Under the pieces are notes generated by a model, which had not been told where the DNA came from, did not search any database, and saw nothing but the letters and a program-made list of their open reading frames with translations. Positions 10,552 through 19,733 of a stretch of 64,000 bases of DNA are shown here, piece by piece. Positions within the stretch are counted from its first letter, which is position 1. The number at the start of each line of letters is the position of its first letter. Source of the stretch: Tropicimonas sp. (GTDB lineage Bacteria; Pseudomonadota; Alphaproteobacteria; Rhodobacterales; Rhodobacteraceae); assembly GCF_047971885.1 (NCBI RefSeq), contig NZ_JBKEAE010000183.1, forward strand, positions 1,504 through 65,503, written 5' to 3'. The translations under genes and the position numbers were made by a program.

Positions 10552-11016
10552 TCAAAGGGTGTCGCCGTCGAGCGGCGGGCCGAAGCGGGCCACCATGCGG
10601 TCGATGATCTGATCGCGCGACTGCCGGTAGCGTGACAGCTTTTCCTCGCGCGTCTCGCCCAGACCGGTGGGGTCCATGATCGGCCAGTATTCGACATCGA
10701 GGTGGTAGTAACGGGTCAGTTCCAGCGCCTTTCGCTGGCTGGCCGGCGAAAGCGCCACGATCAGGTCGAAACCGCCCAGATCGTCGCCCCAGTCCTGCAT
10801 CTCGTCGAAACTGCGCGAGCGGTGGCGCGACAGTTCGACATCCATCTCGGCGCAGACCGAGATGCAGAATCCGTCGATCTCCAGATCGTTCTTCACCCCG
10901 GCGGACTGGATGTAAAAGCGGTGCCGGTAGAACAGCTTGGCTATCCCCTCGGCCATCGGCGAGCGGACGGCATTGTGATCGCAGGTGAACAGGACCGATG
11001 CGGGCAGATCGCTCAT
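10552..11016 (-). CDS. Low-molecular-weight protein-tyrosine phosphatase / ArsC-like family protein
   Basis: 154 aa from MSDLPASVLFTCDHNAVRSPMAEG (CX5R(S/T) P-loop). Internal start of ORF 10552..11556. Confidence 0.8.
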   Translation of the reverse strand: MSDLPASVLFTCDHNAVRSPMAEGIAKLFYRHRFYIQSAGVKNDLEIDGFCISVCAEMDVELSRHRSRSFDEMQDWGDDLGGFDLIVALSPASQRKALELTRYYHLDVEYWPIMDPTGLGETREEKLSRYRQSRDQIIDRMVARFGPPLDGDTL

Positions 11017-11021
11017 GCAGG

Positions 11022-11507
11022 TCAGCCCCCGAAATGCAATACGCAGATCAGGGTGAAGAGCCGCCGGGCGGTATCGATATCGATTTCGGCCTTTCCCTCC
11101 AGCCGCTCCTGCAATACGCGGGCTCCCTCGTTGTGGATGCCGCGACGGGCCATGTCGATGGTTTCGATCTGGCCCGGTGGCAGCGTCTTGACGGCGCTGA
11201 AATAGCTTTCGCAGATCTGGAAGTAGTCCTTTACCACCTGCCGGAACGGGCCGAGCGAGAGGTGAAATTCGGCGACCATCTGTTGCGTTTCGGTGGCGAC
11301 CTCGAACACCAGCCGCCTTTCGCGGATGGCCAGGCCCAGCCTGTAGGGGCCATCGGGAACGGGCTGGTCGCCGCGCGGCGGGATGGCGAAGCTGTTGTCT
11401 TCCAGCAGATCGAAGACGGCGACCCTGCGCTCCTGTTCGATCTCGGGGGTAGGCGGCGGCAGCTGGGAATCGTCGATCTCGACGTGGCAGATACGGGTGG
11501 TGCTCAT
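11022..11507 (-). CDS. UPF0262 family protein
   Basis: 161 aa MSTTRICHVEIDDSQLPPPTPEIEQERRVAVFDLLEDNSF... Conserved partner downstream of hisD in alphaproteobacteria. TCATGA overlap with the hisD stop. Confidence 0.8.
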   Translation of the reverse strand: MSTTRICHVEIDDSQLPPPTPEIEQERRVAVFDLLEDNSFAIPPRGDQPVPDGPYRLGLAIRERRLVFEVATETQQMVAEFHLSLGPFRQVVKDYFQICESYFSAVKTLPPGQIETIDMARRGIHNEGARVLQERLEGKAEIDIDTARRLFTLICVLHFGG

Positions 11508-12814
11508 GACTTGTCCTCGTTGAGCCGGTCGAGCCGGGCGCGGACGGACAGGCCATGCGCTTCGAGGCTCTCGGAAATGGCGAGCCGTTCGGCGGCCGGG
11601 CCGATGGCGCCGAGCGCGCCGGGGCTCATGCGGGCGAGCGTCGTGCGCTTGAGAAAATCCAGCACCGAAAGGCCGCTGGAAAACCGCGCCGACCGGGCGG
11701 TCGGCAGAACGTGGTTCGGCCCGCCGACATAATCGCCGATCGCCTCGGGGGTCCATGCGCCCAGAAAGATCGCGCCCGCGTGGCGTATCCGCGCCGCCAG
11801 CGCCTCGGGGTCGGCAACGCAAAGCTCCAGGTGTTCGGGGGCGATACGGTCCGAAAGGGCCACGGCTTCGTCCAGATCGCGCACGGTGATGACGGCGCCG
11901 AAATCGCGCCAGCTCGGCCCGGCGATGGTCCGCCGTTCGAGCGTTTCGAGCCGGCGCTCCACCGCCGCCGCCACCGCCTGCCCAAAGTCCGCATCGGGGG
12001 TGATCAGGATCGACTGCGCGCTTTCGTCGTGTTCGGCCTGGCTCAGCAGATCGACCGCCAGCCAGTCGGGATCGTTGTCGGCATCGGCGATCACCAGGAT
12101 TTCCGAGGGCCCGGCGATCATGTCGATACCGACCCGCCCGAAGACGCGCCGCTTGGCGGCGGCGACAAAAGCGTTGCCCGGCCCGGTGATCTTGTCGACC
12201 GGGGCGATGGTTGCGGTGCCATAGGCAAGCGCGGCGACCGCCTGAGCGCCGCCGATGCGGTAGATCGTATCGACCCCGGCGATCCGCGCCGCCAGCAGGA
12301 CCAGCGGGTTCACCGTCCCGCCGGGGGTGGGTACGGTGATGACCAGCCGCCCGACACCGGCAACCCTGGCGGGGATCGCGTTCATCAGCACCGAGGAGGG
12401 ATAGGAGGCCAGCCCGCCCGGCACATAGAGCCCGGCGGCATCGACCGGCGTCCAGCGCCAGCCGAGTTCCGCGCCCTCGGGATCGGTCCAGCGCGCATCG
12501 GCGGGTATCTGGCGCCGGTGATAGGCGCGGATGCGTTCGGCCGCCAGTTCCAGCGCGCGGCGCTCGTCCTCAGGCACGCGGGCGCATTCGGCGTCGATCT
12601 CGGCTTCGGTGAACGCAAGGGTCGCCGGAGTCAGCGCCAGCCGGTCGAAACGCTCGGTCAGTTCGATCACCGCCGCATCGCCGCGCGCCCGGACATCGCC
12701 GATGATCGCGGCCACCACCGCGTCGACATCGGGCGAATCCTCGCGCTTCGTGGTCAGGAAGGTGGCGAAGCGCGGCTCGAAATCCGGATCGGCGGTGTTC
12801 AGGAACTGGGGCAT
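11504..12814 (-). CDS. hisD: Histidinol dehydrogenase
   Basis: 436 aa. Motifs GGAQA.AA.AYGT, AGPSE and QAEHD. Confidence 0.95.
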   Translation of the reverse strand: MPQFLNTADPDFEPRFATFLTTKREDSPDVDAVVAAIIGDVRARGDAAVIELTERFDRLALTPATLAFTEAEIDAECARVPEDERRALELAAERIRAYHRRQIPADARWTDPEGAELGWRWTPVDAAGLYVPGGLASYPSSVLMNAIPARVAGVGRLVITVPTPGGTVNPLVLLAARIAGVDTIYRIGGAQAVAALAYGTATIAPVDKITGPGNAFVAAAKRRVFGRVGIDMIAGPSEILVIADADNDPDWLAVDLLSQAEHDESAQSILITPDADFGQAVAAAVERRLETLERRTIAGPSWRDFGAVITVRDLDEAVALSDRIAPEHLELCVADPEALAARIRHAGAIFLGAWTPEAIGDYVGGPNHVLPTARSARFSSGLSVLDFLKRTTLARMSPGALGAIGPAAERLAISESLEAHGLSVRARLDRLNEDKS

Positions 12815-12882
12815 CTGATCTCCTCGTCTGCCCCCTGATATCTTCCGCGTGCGGGGCCCTCAAGCCGGCCCTTGCGCGGCGC

Positions 12883-13359
12883 TCAGTCGCCGTGGCCGGG
12901 CGCCCGGCGCGATGGCGCCAGATAGGGGCGGCTGACATCGCGCAGCCAGATGTTCAGGCTCTCGACATCGAGCGCGATCGCGCCGTCGCCGGCAAGGACC
13001 AGTTCCAGCCGCCCGGTGCCATCCTCGCCGGGCAGGAAGACCAGATCGATCAGCGACAGGATCGTCTCGTGATCGGTCCGGTCGATCCCCTGGCTCGCCA
13101 CCTTCGCGACGTCCGAGACCAGCAGCAGGCTCTGCACCCGTTCGTAGGGGCGGTTGAGCCGTTCGGCGTCGGCACGGTCCTCCCAGCGGAACCGGTTGAG
13201 CAGCAGCGAAAAGCGCCGCAATGCCGGCTGCCATTTCATCTCGGTGACCGGAAAGATCGCATCCTGAACCAGCGTCGCGACGATCCGGAGATCATCGGCG
13301 TCGGTGACGCCCAGCGACAGCGGGCGTTCGGCGCCGTCCTCGAAAGTTGCGACAGCCAT
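12883..13359 (-). CDS. DUF2948 family protein
   Basis: About 158 aa from [41 protein letters not shown] 13359 is preceded by GAGGGG. Conserved murA-DUF2948-hisD synteny. Confidence 0.75.
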   Translation of the reverse strand: MAVATFEDGAERPLSLGVTDADDLRIVATLVQDAIFPVTEMKWQPALRRFSLLLNRFRWEDRADAERLNRPYERVQSLLLVSDVAKVASQGIDRTDHETILSLIDLVFLPGEDGTGRLELVLAGDGAIALDVESLNIWLRDVSRPYLAPSRRAPGHGD

Positions 13360-14626
13360 GCCCCTCACTCACCCGTTCGATATCGGCACCGCAGGCGCCC
13401 AGTTTTTCCTCGACCCGCTCGTAGCCGCGGTCAAGGTGATAGACCCGGTTGACCACGGTTTCACCCTCGGCCGCAAGGGCGGCGAGGATCAGCGAGACGC
13501 TGGCGCGCAGGTCGGTCGCCATCACCGGCGCGCCCTTGAGCTTGTCAACCCCGACAACCGTCGCCGTGCCGCCGTGCACGTCGATCCGTGCGCCCATCCG
13601 GATCAGTTCGGGTGCGTGCATGAAGCGGTTTTCGAATATTCGTTCCTCGAGCACACTGATGCCGTCGGCGGTGCACATCAGCGCCATCATCTGGGCCTGA
13701 AGGTCGGTCGGGAAGCCGGGGAAGACCTCGGTCACCACATCGGTTGCCCGTGCCCGCCCGTTGCGGCGTTCCACGACAATCCCCTCCGCCGTCTCCTCGA
13801 TGGCGATATCGCAGGCGTCGAGCTTTTCGCAGAAGGCGCCCAGCAGATCGGTGCGGCCGCCGATCAGCTCCACCCGGCCGCCGGCGATCGCCGGAGCGAG
13901 CATGTAGGTGCCGGTCTCGATCCGGTCCGCCACCACGGGATGTGTCGCGCCATGCAGCCGGTCGACGCCCTGAACGGTAATGACCGGGCTGCCTTCGCCT
14001 TCGATCTCGGCCCCCATCTTGCGCAGACAGTGCGCAAGGTCGACAATTTCCGGCTCGCGCGCGGCGTTGCCCAGAACCGTGGTGCCCTTCGCAAGCGTTG
14101 CCGCCATCAGCACGTTTTCGGTCGCCCCGACCGAGGGGAAGCGCAGGTCGATCCGGTTGCCCCTGAGACCGCCCGGCGCGCTGGCGTGCAGATAGCCATC
14201 CCTCAGTTCGATTTCCGCCCCCATCGCCTCGAGCGCCGAGATGTGGATATCCATCGGCCGCGCCCCGATCGCACAACCGCCGGGAAGCGAGACGACCGCA
14301 TGGCCGTGACGCGCCAGCAGCGGCCCCAGCACGAGGTTCGATGCCCGCATCTTGCGCACGATCTCGTAATCGGCGACCGGGTTGTCGGCGTTGTGGCTCG
14401 ACATGGCCAACACCTTGCCGTCCTGCATGGTCGAGGTTTCGGCCCCGAGCGAGGCGAGAAGCGTCGTCATGGTGCGGATATCGGACAGGCGCGGCGCATT
14501 GGTCAGCGTCAGCGGTTCGTCGCTGAGAAGCGTCGCCGGCATCAGTGCCAGACAGGCGTTCTTTGCCCCCGAAATCGCGATTTTCCCGGCGAGGGGCCTA
14601 CCGCCCCGTACAACGATCCTGTCCAT
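13292..14626 (-). CDS. murA: UDP-N-acetylglucosamine 1-carboxyvinyltransferase
   Basis: 444 aa from [34 protein letters not shown]. Internal start of ORF 13292..14731. The Arg-rich C-terminal tail overlaps the DUF2948 gene. Confidence 0.95.
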   Translation of the reverse strand: MDRIVVRGGRPLAGKIAISGAKNACLALMPATLLSDEPLTLTNAPRLSDIRTMTTLLASLGAETSTMQDGKVLAMSSHNADNPVADYEIVRKMRASNLVLGPLLARHGHAVVSLPGGCAIGARPMDIHISALEAMGAEIELRDGYLHASAPGGLRGNRIDLRFPSVGATENVLMAATLAKGTTVLGNAAREPEIVDLAHCLRKMGAEIEGEGSPVITVQGVDRLHGATHPVVADRIETGTYMLAPAIAGGRVELIGGRTDLLGAFCEKLDACDIAIEETAEGIVVERRNGRARATDVVTEVFPGFPTDLQAQMMALMCTADGISVLEERIFENRFMHAPELIRMGARIDVHGGTATVVGVDKLKGAPVMATDLRASVSLILAALAAEGETVVNRVYHLDRGYERVEEKLGACGADIERVSEGHGCRNFRGRRRTPAVAGRHRRR

Positions 14627-14934
14627 GCCCGTCTGCCCTCTCGTCGTCGTTCTGCCCATCGTCAGCATGGGTGCCGCTTTCGCCGACCGCAGGCACCGCC
14701 CGCGCCCTGGCCTGCGCCTTGCGCTTCGCAAGATTGGATTTCAGCGCGTCCCTGAGCCGCTTTTCGCGCCCGTCGCCCGCCGTTCCGGATTGCCTTCCCT
14801 TGCCCATGCGCCGCCATACCGCGCAAGGCGCGCTCTCGTCCAGTCTTCCCGACCACCCCCGGCAAATCCGTGCCGCAACCGAAAATCCGCTTGCACTCCC
14901 CCCCTCGGCCCGTATATCCCGCCGTCACTTCGGC

Positions 14935-15009
<75 letters not shown>

Positions 15010-15437
15010 TCAACGCCAAGAAAATCAAGCGGCTAGGATGGTTGGATGGCAGTGTGATCCGTTACCTCGCGTTATCCCCGGGCGGAATCACGTGCATCCC
15101 GACCAGCCATCACCTGCGGCACCCTATCTGCTCTCCAAGTCATGACCGACGATAGACCGCAGGAGTTCATACAATTCGACACGACTGGAATTCGCGGAAG
15201 CAGAGCGAAGCATCTTGGCTGTGTTGCGCAAATCAACTGACGGCTGACCGTCCCCTATCCCCGGACGGCCCTATCCGACGACCTTTGTAACGGGTATGCC
15301 GAGGGCAGTGTCGCCATTCAGAACAGCGATGCGGACCTGTGACCGGCCCGTCCGGAAAACAGGGAATACCGGCGTCTGACCAGACATTCCCGGCCGGCGG
15401 CGATCACCGGTTGGGGCTTGCCCTCACGAGTTCCGCT

Positions 15438-15950
15438 TCAGGCGGCGCGCTTGCAGCAGGCGGCGCGCAGCCAGTCGAGCGCCAGATCGGCGTCGGCGGC
15501 AAGGGGCTGCGCCACGCCATCGGCGAAGGTCAGGAAAGCGGTGCGCCATTCTGGCGCGACACCGACCAGAACCGGCAGACCCATGTTGCAGGCCTGGCCG
15601 ATGGCCTCGACCAGCCCGCGGCCCGCGGCTTCCTGTTTGCCGAACTTGTTGACGATCAGCGCCTGCGCTCCGGGGAGGCGTTCGTGAACCACACTTACCG
15701 CCTGTTCGAGCGCACCTGCGTCAAGGCGGCAACTGACCGAGCCGGGGCCGAGATCCATGCTGACATTGCGGACCGGCCCATCGGGCAACAGGCGCAGGAC
15801 GATGTTGCATAACTGATGTTCCGCCCCCGGATCGTCGAGTTGCACCGTGCCAGCAAGCACGATGCCCTCGGCCGCCGCGTGCCGGGCGACGGTATCGAGA
15901 ATGCGGTTGGTCAGCAGATCCTCGTCCGAACAGATATAGCGGATGTCCAT
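15438..15950 (-). CDS. DUF2478 domain protein (NTPase-like)
   Basis: About 170 aa from MDIRYICSDEDLLTNRI... ATG 15950 is preceded by AAGGTGGA. The family call is from overall resemblance only. Divergent from the TonB-dependent receptor gene. Confidence 0.6.
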   Translation of the reverse strand: MDIRYICSDEDLLTNRILDTVARHAAAEGIVLAGTVQLDDPGAEHQLCNIVLRLLPDGPVRNVSMDLGPGSVSCRLDAGALEQAVSVVHERLPGAQALIVNKFGKQEAAGRGLVEAIGQACNMGLPVLVGVAPEWRTAFLTFADGVAQPLAADADLALDWLRAACCKRAA

Positions 15951-16191
15951 GTGTTCCACCTTTTATTATCAATATGTATTGTGAGGAATATCGCATGTGT
16001 CTTTCAAGCAATATTTTTCGGAAAATCCTGAATTTTGGCGGATAGGAATTTCGAATTTTCCTAGGAAACCGTGTGTCAGGGTGTTTTGTCGCGCCATGCG
16101 CGGCTTGCGTATTGGATTCGTTATAGTTTGTTACACATAACGATTCGCCAGACCTTCCCCCGAAGGTCGCGCCATTGGAGGAGGTTTCCCG

Positions 16192-18294
16192 ATGCTGTGT
16201 TCCACGTCACGTTTGCGCCGCCTGATCTTTGCCGGAACGATACTGTCCGGTATCCCGGTTCTGCCCGTGCTTGCGCAGACCGCCGAACAGGGCGGTACGG
16301 ACGCGTTCGAACTCGGCACGATCTATGTGGATGGAAACGGCGAAGGTCAGGGTGGCACCACCACCACGGTCAGCGGCGAGCAGGCGATGAAGGCCGGTCG
16401 CGTTACCCTGGACGATACGGTCGGCGTGTTGCCCGGTGTCTCGTCCATTTCCGGCGGCGGGTCGCGCAACGAACGGGAAGTCTTTGTCCGGGGGTTCGAT
16501 CGCTGGCATGTGCCGCTGTCGATCGACGGTATCCGCATCTATCTGCCGGCCGATAACCGGCTCGATTTCGGCCGCTTCCTGACGCCGGATCTGGCCGAGA
16601 TCCAGATACAGAAAAGCTATGTCTCGGTCCTGAACGGGCCGGGTGGCATGGGTGGCGCGATCAACCTCGTGACCAGAAAGCCGACCGAACCGTTCGAGGG
16701 AGAACTGCAACTGGGTATCGAGGCGGGCAACAGCGGCGATGTCACCGGCCGCCAGGGCTATATCTGGCTCGGAACGAAGCAGGAGTTCTGGTACGCGCAA
16801 CTCAGCTACATGAAACGCGAGAGCGACGGCTTCTACCTGTCAGACGATTTTGACGCGGTGCCGCAGGAAAATGGCAAGTTGCGCGACGATTCCGATAGCG
16901 AGGACAGCCGCCTGAACGTGAAATTAGGCTATACGCCGAATGCGACCGACGAATATGTGCTGAGCTATACGCGGCAGGAGGGGGCGAAGAACGCGCCCTA
17001 CAGTGTTCTTCTGCCGATAAGCGGCAAACCCGACACCTACGATCCCGATCTGCGCGACCAACGCAACTGGACATGGCCGGAATGGGATGTTTCGAGCCTG
17101 GCATTCTATTCGCATACCGAGCTTCCCGTCGGCTATCTGAAAACCCGCTTCTATTACAACACCTTCGACAATACCCTGTCGTCCTGGGACGATTATCATC
17201 ACAACACCCAGACCTCGCGGCGCACCTTTGACAGCGTCTACGAGGACTATTCGCTGGGGGCGAGCGCGGAATACGGTGTTTCGCTTGGTGCGCACGACCT
17301 GAAGACGGCGCTGCATTTCCGGCGCGACATTCATCAGTCGACGCAGCATTCGATGCCCGATCTTGTGTCCGGAACCGATCCGACCGAACACAGCGAGGAG
17401 GAGACCATCGCGGTTGCCGTCGAGGACAGCTGGCAGATCTCCGATGCCGTCCGCCTTGTCGGCGGGCTCAGCTACAGCCGGGCAATGGTGCTCGAAGCGA
17501 ACCGGACCAGGAACGACCGCGGCCTGCCGAAGGTGGAAACCGAGGCCGTGGACTGGCAGCTTGCCGCGATCTGGACCCCGGAGATGTGGGGCGAATTCCA
17601 CGCCAGCGTCTCGTCGCGCACCAGCTTCCCGACGCTGTTCCACCGTTACAGCACCCGCTTTGGCACCTTTGAGGTCAACCCCGACCTTGACGCCGAGCGT
17701 GCAACCAACTTCGAAATCGGGTATCGGGGCGACATTGGCCCGGTCGCGGTTGAAGGCGCATTGTTCTACAGCGATGTCACCGATCTGATCCAGTCGGTCT
17801 ATCGCTATACCGACAGCTTTGGCGATGAAATCTGGCAGCAGCAGAACGTCGGCGATGGCATCTACAAGGGGGTCGAGCTTGCAGCGAACTGGGCGGTGAA
17901 CGACCGGGTGGATGTATACGCGAACTACACCTATCTCGACGCCAGCATTTCGGATCCGTCGATCAACGGATTGCGGGTCACCGATATTCCGCAACACAAG
18001 TTCTATCTTGGTGCCGACTGGCAGGCGACCGATACGCTGACCCTGTCGCCGTCGATCGAGGCCTACGGGTCCCGGTGGTCCGATCCCGCCGTCAACTCGG
18101 GCGATGCGGAGAATCCGACCTATACGAAGATGAGCGAATTCGCTCTGGCGAACTTTGCCGGGACATGGCAGGCGACGCCGAGGATCGCGGTGGATTTCGG
18201 CGTTCGCAATCTGCTCGATCACAACTACGAACTGGTCGAGGGTTACCCGGAGCCGGGGCGGAGCTTCTTTCTGACCTCGCAGGTCAAGTTCTGA
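16192..18294 (+). CDS. TonB-dependent outer-membrane receptor
   Basis: 700 aa with signal peptide. Plug-domain motifs (V.VLPGVS..., NEREVFVRGF), beta-barrel body, C-terminal aromatic residue (...FFLTSQVKF). Strong GGAGGAGG RBS. Confidence 0.9.
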   Translation: MLCSTSRLRRLIFAGTILSGIPVLPVLAQTAEQGGTDAFELGTIYVDGNGEGQGGTTTTVSGEQAMKAGRVTLDDTVGVLPGVSSISGGGSRNEREVFVRGFDRWHVPLSIDGIRIYLPADNRLDFGRFLTPDLAEIQIQKSYVSVLNGPGGMGGAINLVTRKPTEPFEGELQLGIEAGNSGDVTGRQGYIWLGTKQEFWYAQLSYMKRESDGFYLSDDFDAVPQENGKLRDDSDSEDSRLNVKLGYTPNATDEYVLSYTRQEGAKNAPYSVLLPISGKPDTYDPDLRDQRNWTWPEWDVSSLAFYSHTELPVGYLKTRFYYNTFDNTLSSWDDYHHNTQTSRRTFDSVYEDYSLGASAEYGVSLGAHDLKTALHFRRDIHQSTQHSMPDLVSGTDPTEHSEEETIAVAVEDSWQISDAVRLVGGLSYSRAMVLEANRTRNDRGLPKVETEAVDWQLAAIWTPEMWGEFHASVSSRTSFPTLFHRYSTRFGTFEVNPDLDAERATNFEIGYRGDIGPVAVEGALFYSDVTDLIQSVYRYTDSFGDEIWQQQNVGDGIYKGVELAANWAVNDRVDVYANYTYLDASISDPSINGLRVTDIPQHKFYLGADWQATDTLTLSPSIEAYGSRWSDPAVNSGDAENPTYTKMSEFALANFAGTWQATPRIAVDFGVRNLLDHNYELVEGYPEPGRSFFLTSQVKF

Positions 18295-18356
18295 AGGTTG
18301 GCGTCGGGCTTGCGGGCCCGGCGCCGGTGCCGGCTGTCGGCAGCGGGCAGGGGGTG

Positions 18357-19085
18357 TCAGGCGGCCAGTTGCAGCAGGCCGGCGCCGATTCCCTTGACCG
18401 CCGCCGTCGTTCTGTCATTCACATCCAGTTTGCGGAAAATCCGTCGCACATGTGTATCGACGGTATGCACCGAGATGCCCAGGATATCCGCGATCACCGA
18501 GTTGGATTTGCCCTTGGCGATCCAGGCCAGAACCTCGCATTCGCGCCGGGTCAGGTCGAAGCCGTTCACCGGATCGGGCGGCACCAGCCTGCAATAGCGC
18601 AAATGGCCGAGTTGCGCCGCAAGCTGAAGCTCCCTGAGCCTGCATCGCTCCAGTTCCGGGGCGTCGTCGCCGAACCCGAGGTTGACGGTTCCGTTCCGGC
18701 TGTCGGGGCCGAAGACCTGAATGACCAGCCCCTTGCCGGGCACCAGCGCCCGCACGTATTCGAGGTAGTCGATATCATCCCGTGAAAGCTCGGAAAGCCG
18801 CGTTGCCTCGGTCCAGTAGAAGGGTTCGGTCGTATGAAGCGCCCTCTCGATGATGGGGTTGTCGCGGAAATGCGGGTTGGCGAGTATCTGATCGACGATA
18901 TCTCTGTCGAGCCCGTGGAAATAGACCTGCGGCGGTTCCTCGGCCGAGGGTTCGCCGATCACGTGGCGATAGCTGACGATGCGGGCGCCGGCCGACCTGA
19001 AATACCCGACCATTACCGCCCACAGCGTATCAAGATCGCGCGCGGTTGCGACCGTCCTGATGAGGGTGGGCAATCCGGTGTTCAT
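18357..19085 (-). CDS. LuxR family transcriptional regulator (autoinducer-binding-type N-domain plus C-terminal HTH), solo
   Basis: 242 aa. C-terminal LTRRECEVLAWIAKGKSNSVIADILGISVHTVDTHVRRIFRKL is a LuxR/GerE HTH. No luxI-type synthase gene in the window. Confidence 0.8.
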   Translation of the reverse strand: MNTGLPTLIRTVATARDLDTLWAVMVGYFRSAGARIVSYRHVIGEPSAEEPPQVYFHGLDRDIVDQILANPHFRDNPIIERALHTTEPFYWTEATRLSELSRDDIDYLEYVRALVPGKGLVIQVFGPDSRNGTVNLGFGDDAPELERCRLRELQLAAQLGHLRYCRLVPPDPVNGFDLTRRECEVLAWIAKGKSNSVIADILGISVHTVDTHVRRIFRKLDVNDRTTAAVKGIGAGLLQLAA

Positions 19086-19112
19086 CTGCCTCTCCGTCCG
19101 ACTCGGTCAAGC

Positions 19113-19706
19113 CTAGCACGAAAGGAGCGCCTGGCCATCCGGTTCGGCCGGTGGATCCAGAACGGTCTGACATCCGTCTTCCACGCGGTACACGACACCC
19201 TGTCGGTCCTCGATCGTGCCTATGGAAGCGGGCGCAAGCCCGGTCAGTTGTGCCCGCAACACCTGCGAGGTGACCCCGTGTGTCACCACGACAGCCGGGC
19301 CGGAAAGGTCGGACAGGAACGCCGAAACGCGGCGCCAGATATCGTCGAGCGTCTCGCCACCGGGGGCGGAGAACTTCCATGTCACCGCGTCGGTTCCGTG
19401 GAATGCCTGTGGATGGCGCGCCCGGATTTCGGCCATGGTCAGCCCCTGCCAGGCGCCCATGCCGACCTCGTTCAGGCGCGCGTCGCGGATCGGGCTGCGC
19501 CCAGGCAAGGCCAGTTCCGCAGTTGCTTTCGCGCGCCCCAGCGGCGAGCAGAAAAGCGGCAGGCCGGCCGCCCCGACACGGCGCAGGACAGCGCCCTGCG
19601 CCCGCGCCTGTGCCGCACCCCGCCGCGTCAGCGGGGAATCGAGATGGCCCTGCATCCGGCCCTGCCGGTTCCACTCGGTCTCTCCATGACGCAGGATCAG
19701 CAGCAT
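19113..19706 (-). CDS. Histidine phosphatase (phosphoglycerate mutase) family protein
   Basis: 197 aa with MLLILRHGETEWN catalytic RHG motif. Confidence 0.85.
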   Translation of the reverse strand: MLLILRHGETEWNRQGRMQGHLDSPLTRRGAAQARAQGAVLRRVGAAGLPLFCSPLGRAKATAELALPGRSPIRDARLNEVGMGAWQGLTMAEIRARHPQAFHGTDAVTWKFSAPGGETLDDIWRRVSAFLSDLSGPAVVVTHGVTSQVLRAQLTGLAPASIGTIEDRQGVVYRVEDGCQTVLDPPAEPDGQALLSC

Positions 19707-19733
19707 CGGCCTGTCATCCGCGTTCCGGGCAGT

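Noticed and set aside
14598-14807. 69-aa basic ORF ([37 protein letters not shown]...) upstream of and overlapping the murA start
   Set aside because: High GC3 and the position between tRNA-Thr and murA make it conceivable. However, I recognise no family (it lacks the DUF4169-type FGRTKAE core), it overlaps murA by 29 nt and it has no clear RBS. It is left uncalled.
15100-15330. Integrase remnant or att repeat next to tRNA-Thr
   Set aside because: Translating both strands by eye gave only short peptides with no tyrosine-recombinase motifs (no R..H.R.Y pattern), and I could not find a repeat of the tRNA 3' end. The idea is kept only as a low-interest hypothesis that needs computation.
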